Shown: positions 39,860 through 50,648 of the stretch, one piece after another
Layout: each line of letters begins with the position of its first letter
How positions within the stretch are numbered: the first letter of the stretch is position 1
IMG/VR virus record: IMGVR_UViG_2061766007_000671
Source of the DNA: an uncultured virus (IMG/VR IMGVR_UViG_2061766007_000671)
Taxonomy: Duplodnaviria; Heunggongvirae; Uroviricota; Caudoviricetes
Strand: one strand, 5' to 3'
Length of the DNA stretch: 64,000 nt
Notes under the pieces: model-generated
What the model was told of the DNA's origin: nothing
The model's database searches: none
The model's input: only the letters and a program-made list of their open reading frames with translations
Program-made: the position numbers and the translations under genes

Positions 39860-40291
39860 ATGAGCGTCACATTATTGTTGGATTATGACAATATAACTCA
39901 GGAGATAAATGCAGCCTGTATTGAGGCAATAAACGGAGGGCTTCGTGATGGCTTGCTCCGCAAGATAAAAGAAAAAGCGGAACAAAATGTGTACTCCTAT
40001 GGTGCAAGTGGCTGGGCCATGTCAAGCAGGCGTGGCATGATTGGCGACATTGGAAACATGGAAATAGAATCCGGTGGTGGCGGCGGGCAATTTTTCCTGC
40101 GGGTCACAAATGTCACACAACTTCAGCACCCAGGTGGCGCAGATGAATCTGATGTGGTTGAGGGCGGATGGAGCAACTATCGGCAACCCGGCCCGCGTGA
40201 GTTTATGAATCCTGCGCTTGACGAGTTTGTTGGAAGCGGAGAAGCAGACAGCATCCTTCGGCAGTATCTTGCCATGCACGGCATCACTTAA
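39860..40291 (+). CDS. tail completion protein (HK97 gp10-like)
   Basis: C-terminal PREFM.PA motif. Confidence 0.45.
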   Translation: MSVTLLLDYDNITQEINAACIEAINGGLRDGLLRKIKEKAEQNVYSYGASGWAMSSRRGMIGDIGNMEIESGGGGGQFFLRVTNVTQLQHPGGADESDVVEGGWSNYRQPGPREFMNPALDEFVGSGEADSILRQYLAMHGIT

Positions 40292-40311
40292 TGCGTAGAG
40301 GCGGTAGATAA

Positions 40312-43300
40312 ATGGCTACTACAATCGAACTTGACATTCAATCAAATGCATCTGCGAAAAGAGCAGAAGTAGAAGCTCTTGTCCAAACTCTCCGCAAAAT
40401 TGCAGAGAAAAAATACTCTGCAAAGGTTGAAGTAGCCGGGGCGGAAGTCGCGGCGAAAAATATTGTTCAGCTCACATCGAGCGCCGCAAAGTTTGATGCG
40501 GAACTCAAACAGGCTGAAGCGGCTGCGAAGCGTTTTTCTGCCGCACTGAAGTCTCAAATGGAAGCCGAACGGGATACGAACAAGGCCAGGGAAGGTCTGC
40601 TATCAACGGCGAACGCTTGGGATCAGGCAATCCATGCGAACGAGGTTTCTGCGAAGCAGTTCTCAAATGCGCTTAAACAGCAGATGCTGGCGGAAAAAGA
40701 AGCCGCCGACGAAGCAAAAAGCCTTGCATCAGCACAAGAAACGGTCGCGGCATCAACAGAAACAGCAGGAGCGGCGGCGGCTTCGGCGGCATCAGGCTTC
40801 AGCATTTTGGGTGGCGCGTTGGCGACTGCACTTGGGCATCTTGCGTCCAGAGCAATCCATTATGCGCTTCAAAAAATAACTCAAGGTATCCGAGAAGCCC
40901 TACAAGAGATGAAGGAAGTTGATACTCAGCTTACCAACATCAGCAAGGTTTCTGGGATCACGGGCAAGGCGCTTGCCGATATGGGCGAGAGAGCCTATGA
41001 GACTGCCAGCAGATACGGCGTGGCGGCGGACGAGTACCTGTCTGCTGTTTACACATTCCAAAAGGCTGGTCTTGGGCCGAGCGCCGAAGCCATGGGCGAA
41101 TTGGCAATCAAGACCATGCTTGTGGGCGATACCACGGCGGATGTGGCAAGCCAGTTCCTTATCTCTGCCAACGCCGCATGGAAATTCGGCGGCGATATTG
41201 AACGGCTTGGAAAACTCGTTGACGAAGCAGACTACATCAATAACAACTACGCTACCGACCTCGGCAAGCTGTCCAGCGGCCTACCCCGTGTCGCTTCCAT
41301 TGCGGCGCAGGCGGGTATGTCNNNNNNNNNNNNNNNNNNNNNNNNNNNNNNNNNNNNNNNNNNNNNNNNNNNNCCGCGCACTGATCCTCAATATCGAAGG
41401 GCAAATCGGAACATTTGTTGACGATACCGGGGAAGAGTTTGAGGTAACTGCGGAAAGCGTCAAGTCCATGCAGGGCTTGATGGAGAAGTACGCCAAGGCG
41501 GAAGTCGAAGCCGCCAAAGCTTCCGGCGAACTTATCAACCCCATGACCGCCATCAAAGCCATCTTTGAGGGCATGGCGAACTCCGACCTGAACGATCAGG
41601 AACTGTTCCAACTGCTGTCCGGCATGGGCGGCAAACTCCGTACCAACCAGCTCACCGCCCTCGTCCAGAACTACGAACTCTTTGACGAGATGCTGAATAA
41701 GATCGCTGGAAGCGCGGGCACGGCAGACTCTGAGATCGCTCTGATGATGGACTCTTGGGAACGCAAAACGCAGGTTCTCAAGAATACATGGACTGAGTTC
41801 ATTGCAGATGTGGTAAGCACAGATGCAATCAAGGGCTTTGTTGATAACCTGACATCCATCGTTGAGGCGATGGACAGTCTGGTTGAACGAGGCTCTGACC
41901 CGTGGTACGAGAGCAACGAAACGGGGAAAGAGATAGAGAGCATCGAGGGGAACATCAAGTCCCTGACGAGCGCAATACATGAACTGAATAATGCGAATGA
42001 CGAGGAAAGCAAACTAAAACTGCATGACCTCAATGAAGAGCTTAAACTTCAGCAGGAAATACTGAAGACAAAACAGCTTCAGTATCAGCTCGAACACGCC
42101 GAAGAAGCGCAAAAACTTCAAAAAGAACTCACGAGGGGATATATCGACTCGACTGGAACTGGAACAAGAGTCGATATTGAGGAGCTAAACACCCTTGGAA
42201 GACGCATTGGAAATGTCGCTTTTGAGAACAATATCGCAGATTATCAGGCGAACCTCAAAACAGTCATCGCCGATTTCAGCGACTACTACGAAAAAGTCCT
42301 TCAAGTCAGGGACGCAGGCATAGAACTGACTTCTGAGCAAGAGCATTTTATAGAAAACTATGAGCTTGCAAACACGCTGGCAGAAACCCAAGGGCTGCAT
42401 CTTGGGGATCTGAGGGACGGGTACAGAGATCTTGTAGATGCATCTGGGAATGTTGTCGCCAGTGTCAAAGACATCACTGACGAGGAAAAAGCGCAGCAAC
42501 ACGAACTCCAAAATGCCATTGATGGAACGACCGACTATGCAAAAGAGTGGGTCGCATATCAATCGGATTTTGGCGAGGCAATGGCGGAATATGATGCGGG
42601 CANNNNNNNNNNNNNNNNNNNNNNNNNNNNNNNNNNNNNNNNNNNNNNNNNNNNNNNNNNNNNNNNNNNNNNNNNNNNNNNNNNNNNNNNNNNNNNNNNN
42701 NNNNNNNNNNNNNNNNNNNNNNNNNNNNNNNNNNNNNNNNNNNNNNNNNNNNCGGCGGTCTTACCCTTGTCAATGAGCTTGGCCCAGAACTTATCAGCGA
42801 AAACGGCAGAGCGTATATCGCCAACGGAGGGAAACCCGGGATTGTAAACCTTTCTCGCGGTGCAATCGTTCTGACGGCAGATGAAACAGCAAAGGCTCTT
42901 AACAGCAGCCGAACACGAAAAACGATTAANNNNNNNNNNNNNNNNNNNNNNNNNNNNNNNNNNNGAGAGTAGATACCGATGCCCTCATCTTGGCGGCATT
43001 GGACGCGGAATGGGAAGCCGCGCAAAGAAATAACAGCACCACAAACAGCCCCACAAGCAACCCATCNNNNNNNNNNNNNNNNNNNNNNNNNNNNNNNNNN
43101 NNNNNNNNNNNNNNNNNNNNNNNNNNCACAAAGAAAGATGCAGAAAACCTCGCCAAGAATCTCAAAGACCTTCTCGCCAGTTTGGATAAACAGGCGAAGC
43201 TTGCCAACAATGAGGGCGACTATGTAAAGGAAGCCCAGCTTTATGAGCAGGCGCAGGAAGCCATCAAAAAGATGGTGGACGATTACAAACGCGCCGGGTT

Positions 43301-43952
43301 CTCTGACACATCGGATGAGGTCGTAGACCTTCTCAATAAGAACTACGACTACGCGAACAAGCAACTATCTCTCTATCAGGGCAAGTGGAAAGAACTGATA
43401 GACGCCCTCAAAGAGGACACCGATGCGCAGAAACTCGCCAACCAGCTTGCTGAAAAACAGGAAGCGGTTGACAAAGCGCAGGAAGCTCTCGCCAATGCCC
43501 AAAGCCAAAGAACGGTGCGGATGTACAACGCCGCTACCGGGCAGTGGGAGTGGGTTGCTGACTCCAAAAAGATAACCAGCGCACAGGAATCTCTGTCCAA
43601 GGCTGAAGAAGCGTATGCGGACGAGGTAAAGAGTCAGGCTATCAAGGAGCTGGAAGCCCTAAAGGACACCGTTGTTGACCTCAACGAAGTAGTCCTTGGC
43701 CCCGCGCTTTCCACCGTGATTTCCATGGCGGAGAACTCCGATGAGTTCCAAAACTTTGCCAGAGCGTTGAACGCCGTGTACGGTGTTGGATCTTACCTGT
43801 CTTCTACTGAGGGAAGTTCTAAGGTAATCTCTACGGCGGACAGCCACGACACCATCTATTCCTTCGGCAATGTAACGCTGACGGAGGAGCAGGCAAGTTC
43901 CATGAGCGTGGCGGAACTGGCGCAGAAACTCCAAGTGCTGAAGATTTCCTGA
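40312..43952 (+). CDS. tape measure protein (several gaps)
   Basis: Ala-rich helical protein; EVDTQLTNISKVSG, INNNYAT, LVNELGPELI motifs. Confidence 0.85.
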
Positions 43953-43967
43953 CAGGAGTGATGTCAA

Positions 43968-44666
43968 ATGCTGAGTGAAGCCCAAAGATTTTGGGAGGCT
44001 ATCGCCGGGAAAGTAAAACAGACGGCGAAAGAGGTGTCTAAGAACGCTTTCCGATGCGAGAGATACACCGTGACCACCGCCCCTAACGGAGTGAAAATGG
44101 GCGTGACCCTGCCGATGGGGAATACGGAACTGATGCTTCCGTATTCCTCAGAGGTTGCTTCCGCCCATGTAGGAGACTCTGTGCTTGTCGTGTGGTGGGG
44201 GAGCATGAGCAACGCCAAGGTCTACTATTATGCAGACGGATACAACGGAGTAGACATAAATAGTGTTGTCACCTCTGTGAACGGGCAAACCGGGGCTGTT
44301 TCCATTGACCCGGAACGCATTGGCGCAATGTCTGAATGGGATTTGCTCTGGGAGAACGCAAGCCCGACAAGCAGTTATGCCGCTAACACGGAATCGTTGA
44401 ATTTGAGCAATTATGATGCTGTTTTTTTGATTTATCGAAACTGGCCAAGTAATGATTATGAGTATGGTTTTATTACGGTAATTGGAATGGTTGGACAAAC
44501 AACAATGGTACAGCTTGTGTCGCAGGAGAATAAAAGCGGCTGGCGGAAAGCGACGACTGCGGCTTCTGGGGTGACTTTTACTGATTGTCGTTATAATGCA
44601 GGAATACATAACGACTATTGTGTTCCGCTGTATATCTACGGTATCAAGGGGGTAAGCAATTCATGA
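43968..44666 (+). CDS. minor tail protein
   Basis: VTSVNGQTGAV, LLWENASPTSS, P.YIYG fibre-type motifs. Confidence 0.55.
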   Translation: MLSEAQRFWEAIAGKVKQTAKEVSKNAFRCERYTVTTAPNGVKMGVTLPMGNTELMLPYSSEVASAHVGDSVLVVWWGSMSNAKVYYYADGYNGVDINSVVTSVNGQTGAVSIDPERIGAMSEWDLLWENASPTSSYAANTESLNLSNYDAVFLIYRNWPSNDYEYGFITVIGMVGQTTMVQLVSQENKSGWRKATTAASGVTFTDCRYNAGIHNDYCVPLYIYGIKGVSNS

Positions 44667-44893
44667 GGTATGGTCTTAATCTCGCAGAAGGAGGGCGTAT
44701 CCTTTCTGCGACTTATGAGAAGTACGCCGCCCCGCTTGCCGTTATCGTTGACGAACTCCCGGAGGGAGACATATCAGATTACCGCTACGAAAACGGGGAG
44801 TATATCTATGACCCGCTCCCAAGACCCGAACCGCCAGAACCGCAGGAATCGGAGTGGGACATTCTTAACGCTCTTTTGGGGGTGGAAGAATGA
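44663..44893 (+). CDS. small tail-associated protein
   Basis: GRILSAT...VDELPEGDISDY.Y..GEYIYDP motif. Confidence 0.6.
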   Translation: MRYGLNLAEGGRILSATYEKYAAPLAVIVDELPEGDISDYRYENGEYIYDPLPRPEPPEPQESEWDILNALLGVEE

Positions 44894-45310
44894 ATAAGAT
44901 TCAAGCCGCTGAACAACNNNNNNNNNNNNNNNNNNNNNNNNNNNTCGGACGAAGAAGCTATGGAGATTGCAACCGTTTACCCCGCATGGGTTACGGGCAA
45001 GGCATACAAGGCAAACGACCTTTCCACCTATGGTGAAAACGGTGTGGGTGATCCGCAGTTGTATCGTTGTGTACAGCCACACACTTCGCAATCGGATTGG
45101 ACTCCCGATAAAGTCCCCGCTCTGTGGGTGGCAATCGGGCTTGCCCCAGATGATGTTTCTATCTGGAGCCGCCCAACGGGAGCGCATGACGCTTATAACA
45201 TCGGAGACCGCGTACACTACCCAACCGCTACTGACCCCATATATAGATCGAAATACAATGGGAATGTGTACTCACCTGACGAATGGCCTGATGGCTGGGA
45301 AATGGAGTGA
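44890..45310 (+). CDS. carbohydrate-binding (CBM5/12-like) protein, paralog of 31366-31773
   Basis: YPAW..GKAY, LYRC.Q.HTSQ.DW.P...PALW, AYN.GD.V.Y. Confidence 0.65.
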
Positions 45311-45316
45311 TGCAAC

Positions 45317-46957
45317 TTGCTCTACCAACCGAGCAACATAACCCCTGATGAGCTTAACGGCACGGGAACGGTGGATGTCACCGAGGACGTGACCGTAAGC
45401 TGGGTGGTCAACGGCTCGTCTGCAATGACTGCCTATCAAATCGCATTTTCACAGAACAACGCCGCATCTACGCCCGTGTATTCCACCGGGAAAGTTACCC
45501 TTGACACCCCTTTCTGGGGGACAAGCTACGATGGGACTGAAGTTCCATTTTCCGTAACACTGAGCGGGCTTGACTCCCATGGGCTTACCAACGGCAGCGA
45601 GTATAAGATGGTCATTACGCAGTGGTGGAGTGCAAATGATTTTGTCACCCCGTACACGGCATCAATCATCCTCGCAAGGGATAACCCCATACTGACGATG
45701 GGGGCTGTGGCAGACCCCCTGACCAGCAAGGAAGCATCCTTTACTGCGACATACACACAGGCCCAGGGTGACGGCATCAAGTGGCTGCGGTGGGAGATCG
45801 CCTACGCAGACGATACAGAGAACCCCTTCCTTGATACTGGGTATATCTACGGCACGGGACTTCTGCAAGTGGACTATGACGGTTTTCTGACCGACAACTC
45901 CTACGCCGTCCGCTGCACAGTAGAATCCCAAAACGGTGTGCAGGTAACAACCGGGTGGGTAGACTTTGCCGTGTCGTACACACTCGCTACTACCACAGCC
46001 GGGGCCTCCGCCTGCCAGCTTGCCAACAGTTCGTCCGTGTGGGTGAGCTGGGAACAGGTGGAAAGCGCAGACGGCTACTCAATTATGAGGCAGACGGTCG
46101 GAGATAATCGGCTCATCAAGATCGCGGATGTCAGCGCCACGACAGGGCAGATACGCGACTACTCTGCGCAGTCCGGGCAATCATATATCTATTATGTATT
46201 TCCAGAGGGAAGTCTGTCTTACCTGACAGAACCCATGCGTACAGACACGGTAAAAGTCCAGTATTGGTATTGGGCTATAGTGGAAGCTGAACCCGTGGCG
46301 GGAAGCGCCAACACATACTCCGCAATCGCGGCGTACTACTTCAAGTACGGTGCAGGCGGCGTAAGTGAGGGGCAATTCAGCAACAACAACAGCCCGCAAA
46401 TATCGCAGAACTTCACAAGATACCCCACAAGACAGGGGACATCGGCGAACTACAAGACCGGGACGGTCGGGGGATATATCGGAACTATACAGTATCCGGC
46501 AGTTACCTACAGCGACACGGTAGACCAAAGCGAAGCGCTGTTCAATCTTTCCAACACAAAGAACGCCCTGTTCCTTCTCAATCCCAAGGGACATTTCTTG
46601 AGAATCCACACATCTGCGCCCACTACGCTCGTTATTGACCACAAGAGCAGACCGATGCCGCAGACGGTGACGGTTTCGTGGGTAGAAGTGGGGAGTACAG
46701 ACAACGTGCATCTCATCATGTACCCCGGCGGAGACTTCTATCCCGTTGACCGCGTGATTCTCACCTCGCTTCGACTCGACATGAGTACAGGTGCGTTGCT
46801 GTGGACGACGCCGGATGATTATCCCGGCACTGGTTCGATGCTGTCCCTGGACGAAGACGGCGCTCTCATTCAGGACGCAGACGGCTCTTACAACACCGCT
46901 ACAATGACGCTCGACCAGAACACGGGGCTTGTGACCGCAACGATAGCGGCCAGTTAA
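45317..46957 (+). CDS. FN3-containing distal tail/baseplate protein
   Basis: Beta-rich FN3-like repeats (V.VSW, Y.I.R, DY....G.SY.Y.V). Confidence 0.6.
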   Translation: MLYQPSNITPDELNGTGTVDVTEDVTVSWVVNGSSAMTAYQIAFSQNNAASTPVYSTGKVTLDTPFWGTSYDGTEVPFSVTLSGLDSHGLTNGSEYKMVITQWWSANDFVTPYTASIILARDNPILTMGAVADPLTSKEASFTATYTQAQGDGIKWLRWEIAYADDTENPFLDTGYIYGTGLLQVDYDGFLTDNSYAVRCTVESQNGVQVTTGWVDFAVSYTLATTTAGASACQLANSSSVWVSWEQVESADGYSIMRQTVGDNRLIKIADVSATTGQIRDYSAQSGQSYIYYVFPEGSLSYLTEPMRTDTVKVQYWYWAIVEAEPVAGSANTYSAIAAYYFKYGAGGVSEGQFSNNNSPQISQNFTRYPTRQGTSANYKTGTVGGYIGTIQYPAVTYSDTVDQSEALFNLSNTKNALFLLNPKGHFLRIHTSAPTTLVIDHKSRPMPQTVTVSWVEVGSTDNVHLIMYPGGDFYPVDRVILTSLRLDMSTGALLWTTPDDYPGTGSMLSLDEDGALIQDADGSYNTATMTLDQNTGLVTATIAAS

Positions 46958-46967
46958 GGAGGGGAGT

Positions 46968-48227
46968 ATGGCACAGTTTCAAGAGTATTTGAGCCAACTC
47001 CGAACTGACTTCACAAAACTTGCCAAGCTGGAATTTCTCAATCCCGACGGCACGGTGGCGTATGTTTTGGACAATAACGCCCTGAACAGACGAAGCGGCG
47101 CATTCCTGCAAAGCGGAACGGTATCCTGCAACCGCAACAACGGCAAGCGAAGACAGGCCACCGTGACGTTGGTGAATTTGGATGACGAGTATGAGTACGC
47201 CGTCAACCATATCTGGTTTGGTCAGCAGATACGGCTCTCAGAGGGGCTGATCCTGCCGGACGGCTCAGAATATTACATATCTCAGGGCGTATTTCTTATT
47301 GAGAACCCGCAGGAAACTCTCAAACCCGGACAAAAAACCGTAACATACAACCTCTCAGACAAGTGGGCGAACCTTGACGGCACTCTCTTCGGAAACCTTG
47401 AGGATGTGTACTCGGTGGAAGCCGACACCAACATTTTCAATGCCATGGCGTCCATCCTACTCCTCGACCGCTACACCATGGAGAACAATGGGGCAAACCC
47501 GGTTGACCCGGTAGCCCCACTGTTCACAGACTACTACAACGGCAAGACGCAAACGCTGACGGATGGGACAGTGGTATCGCTCATAGAAGCGCCGCATGAC
47601 TTTATCTCCAACAGCGCAGGAACGCTTGCCGAAGTGATGCTCGGCCTGAATGAAATGATTGCCGGCGACATCGGATACAACCAAGTGGGACGGCTCGTTG
47701 TGAACCCGTCTCAGGATGATATCCTCGACACTGACAAGCCGATCCTGTGGGAATTCACACAGAACGACAAAACCCTTCTTGGTTTGACATACAGCCCCAA
47801 GCCCACGGAAGTTTACAACGATGTCATTGTGGCCGGGGCTACATCGGACACCAACGCCACGCCCATCGGCAGGGCGCAGAACAGAGACCCTTCATCCGAC
47901 ACCTGTATCAGCCGCATTGGGCTGAAGACAAAGCGGATTGAGATGTCCGATTACTATTCCGACCAAATGTGCCAAGACTACGCCGACTGGCAGTTGAAGC
48001 GGATGTCGGTGCTTTCCAAGCAGGTAACGGTATCGTGTACGCAGATGTTCCACATTGCGGAGAACGAGCTTATCACTGTGGAAAGATCGGACAAGCCCGG
48101 AAGCCCGGTGGAGCGGCATCTTATCACAGGGTTCTCACGCCCCATAGCGCAGACCGGGGCCATGACAATCAACTGCGTGAGCGTGAACGACATTCCGCTG
48201 ACGCTGAAAGAAAGCACAGAAGCCTGA
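46968..48227 (+). CDS. baseplate hub/tail protein
   Basis: G.RR...TL.N, QGVF.I..P, DKWANLDG, VYN.V.V.G motifs; synteny. Confidence 0.6.
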   Translation: MAQFQEYLSQLRTDFTKLAKLEFLNPDGTVAYVLDNNALNRRSGAFLQSGTVSCNRNNGKRRQATVTLVNLDDEYEYAVNHIWFGQQIRLSEGLILPDGSEYYISQGVFLIENPQETLKPGQKTVTYNLSDKWANLDGTLFGNLEDVYSVEADTNIFNAMASILLLDRYTMENNGANPVDPVAPLFTDYYNGKTQTLTDGTVVSLIEAPHDFISNSAGTLAEVMLGLNEMIAGDIGYNQVGRLVVNPSQDDILDTDKPILWEFTQNDKTLLGLTYSPKPTEVYNDVIVAGATSDTNATPIGRAQNRDPSSDTCISRIGLKTKRIEMSDYYSDQMCQDYADWQLKRMSVLSKQVTVSCTQMFHIAENELITVERSDKPGSPVERHLITGFSRPIAQTGAMTINCVSVNDIPLTLKESTEA

Positions 48228-48324
48228 AGAGGGAGAGTAATTGTGCTAAAGCCCCCGACACGCCTCTTCACAATGCGTACCATGCCGGGGGCGCAGCCCT
48301 TATCAAATGAAAGGAATTTGAAAC

Positions 48325-48907
48325 ATGGCGATTTATAATCTTGGACAAGCGGCCATCGTAAGCAAGGGAGCATGGAGTTCTTCTGCGACTTACGCTGTGC
48401 TGAACACCGTAACGCACAACGGCGGATCGTTCATGGCGATTTCCCCCAACTCCAACAAAGAACCCGGCGTGGCTGCTGGGTGGGCTACCTATTGGGTGGC
48501 GATGAGCAAGGGCGTAAAAACCGTCACAATCGAGGCCGTGACCACAACTACCGCCCACGCTATTGTGACCTACTCTGACGGTACAACTGAAACCGGGCCG
48601 ACTTTCAACACTTCCGGCATCCCCAACAACAGNNNNNNNNNNNNNNNNNNNNNNNNNNNNNNNNNNNNNNNNNGCCCTCGGCACAATTCTCCAAGAAAAC
48701 ATGGCAAACAATTCTGTCGGATCTGCCCAGATAATTGATGAATCTGTCGGGACAGATGAGATTGCTCCCGGCGCTGTTGATGCCAGCAGGCTTGCAAGTG
48801 ACATTCTCCCGGCTAATGTCGGCATTAAGTATGGGAATGTTGTTCCGACGGCTGGCACAGGCGAAGATCAAATCAGCGAGGGGCAAATCTACTTGAAGTA
48901 TTCGTAA
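48325..48907 (+). CDS. tail fibre-like protein (gap)
   Basis: KGAWSSSATY..L..V..NG.SF; SVG..QI...SV...EI..GAV repeats. Confidence 0.55.
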
Positions 48908-48922
48908 GGCGGTGTTTTTTAC

Positions 48923-49459
48923 ATGGGTTCTGCAAGCTACAGTAAACAAGGAAAGAATACGAAATGTGATGTTACGCTGTATTTTCAGCAGAATGCAGAC
49001 AGCGCAAGCTTCTATTTCAAGTATTACGGATTCTGCCAAGCCTACTTTCAACCAGCATATGACAAGTATGCGGCATACTACGCATACTATGGAAACAGCA
49101 CCGGATCTATTCGCATGGATGTTGACGGCGTGTACACTGGCGGGCCATATACATATGCCAAGTCAAAGAGTGCCGGATCGCGTACATCAGGATCAGGCTG
49201 GATATTGGATAAAGAGGGAACCAGTTCCACGGTTACGCTCCCAGCAAAAAACACTGGGTACAACGTTACGATTAGATGGACTGGGAACTTTTCGGAAACG
49301 GCTGGTCAAACAGTCACATACACATTTAATCTCCCAATCTACATTAATCCCAATGGGACAATAGAGGCCGTAACAAAAGCCTATTTGAATGTCGGTGGGA
49401 TTATCAAGGAATGTACCGTGTATTTGAATGTGAACGGTACGATAAAGGAACTTACATAA
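48923..49459 (+). CDS. putative receptor-binding tip protein
   Basis: Beta-rich, AT-richer; C-terminal YLNV.G.IKE repeat. Confidence 0.45.
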   Translation: MGSASYSKQGKNTKCDVTLYFQQNADSASFYFKYYGFCQAYFQPAYDKYAAYYAYYGNSTGSIRMDVDGVYTGGPYTYAKSKSAGSRTSGSGWILDKEGTSSTVTLPAKNTGYNVTIRWTGNFSETAGQTVTYTFNLPIYINPNGTIEAVTKAYLNVGGIIKECTVYLNVNGTIKELT

Positions 49460-49473
49460 TGGGAGATGAGAGA

Positions 49474-50343
49474 ATGAACTTTATCGATATCGCCTCATGG
49501 CAGGCGGGAATCAACCTGTCGGTCATGTTCTCAGAGAACAACCTTGACGGCGTGATTGTCAAGGCCACACAGGGGACAAGCTATGTGAACCCCTACTTCG
49601 GCGAGTGGTCTTCGTGGCTGAACGGCAACCAAAAGCCGTGGGGCGCATACCACTATTGCATCGGCGGAGACGCCAAGGCGGAAGCGCAGTTCTTCTACAA
49701 TGCGGTGAAGCCGTTCATCGGAACGGTAGTTCCCGCCGCAGACTACGAAGAGCAGTCCGCCATGCAAAGGGGAACCGTATGGCTCAAGGAATTTCTGGAC
49801 GAGTTCTACCGCATCTCCGGCGTCCGATGCCTGGTCTACTGCTCACAGTCCGTCACGCAAAGCCAAAACTTCAACGCCATCGCGCAGGCTGGATACCAGC
49901 TTTGGATGGCGCAGTACGCAGACTACAACCCCGTGTACGGATTCCTCGACAATCCGTGGCACAAAGGCAGCGTTTCCCCCTTCATGGGATGGGTCATGCA
50001 TCAGTACACTTCCAGCGGAATCCTGAATGGATGGCGCTCCCGGCTTGATTTGGATAAATTCTATGGCAACGCCTCCGATTGGAAAGCGCTTGCCCACGCC
50101 GATGCCCCCACGCCCCCGGCGGAACTGAAACCCGCAGACCCGGCGATTGTCAGCGAGGTGCTGATGGGCCACTACGGAATCGGCGGCGAGAGGATCGCAA
50201 AGCTGACCGCAGCAGGCTACGATGCCGACAGTGTGCAGAACAAGATCAACGAGCTGTACGGCATTGCTTCCAAGGTGAAGCCTATCATCGGCAACAACTC
50301 CGACTACATCAATTCCATCGCAAGTATTGTGAGGTCGATCTGA
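49474..50343 (+). CDS. GH25 endolysin with Cpl-7-like C-terminal domain
   Basis: FIDIASWQ, IVKATQG..YVNP, GAYHY, ADYE, HQYTS.G, LDLD.F; EVL.G.YG.G.ER...L..AGYD...VQ..IN. Confidence 0.9.
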   Translation: MNFIDIASWQAGINLSVMFSENNLDGVIVKATQGTSYVNPYFGEWSSWLNGNQKPWGAYHYCIGGDAKAEAQFFYNAVKPFIGTVVPAADYEEQSAMQRGTVWLKEFLDEFYRISGVRCLVYCSQSVTQSQNFNAIAQAGYQLWMAQYADYNPVYGFLDNPWHKGSVSPFMGWVMHQYTSSGILNGWRSRLDLDKFYGNASDWKALAHADAPTPPAELKPADPAIVSEVLMGHYGIGGERIAKLTAAGYDADSVQNKINELYGIASKVKPIIGNNSDYINSIASIVRSI

Positions 50344-50401
50344 TGAACAAAAGTCGCCCGCAATCCCCTGCCTTTAGGCATGGGGTCAAGGGCGACATAG
50401 G

Positions 50402-50536
50402 TTAGTGTTTTTCAAAATACTCAATCAAAATCGTAATGATTAAGTTGTGGATGCTTCTGTTTTGCTTCTTCGCTTCTTCAACGAGTAGTTGTTTGAGATC
50501 ATCGGGAATCCGAAGGGTAGTCCGCGTCTCCTTCAT
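50402..50536 (-). CDS. Arc/ribbon-helix-helix DNA-binding protein (44 aa, not in ORF track)
   Basis: MKETRTTLRIPDDLKQLLVEEAKKQNRSIHNLIITILIEYFEKH; GGAGGTG RBS. Confidence 0.8.
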   Translation of the reverse strand: MKETRTTLRIPDDLKQLLVEEAKKQNRSIHNLIITILIEYFEKH

Positions 50537-50648
50537 TTAACATCACCTCCAGCGAAGATATTACCACAACACTAAAATGGTGTCAAGTAGGTATTGACAA
50601 AAAACCTTTATGGTGGTATTATTGCGGTGTCATAAAGGTGGTGATTAT

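Noticed and set aside
39750..40312. Programmed -1 frameshift tail chaperone before the tape measure gene
   Set aside because: Only one ORF lies there, and no slippery site with an overlapping second frame was found
50348..50648. IStron (group I intron fused to the TnpB element)
   Set aside because: The left part is only about 300 bp and is filled by the RHH gene and promoters; no group I core visible
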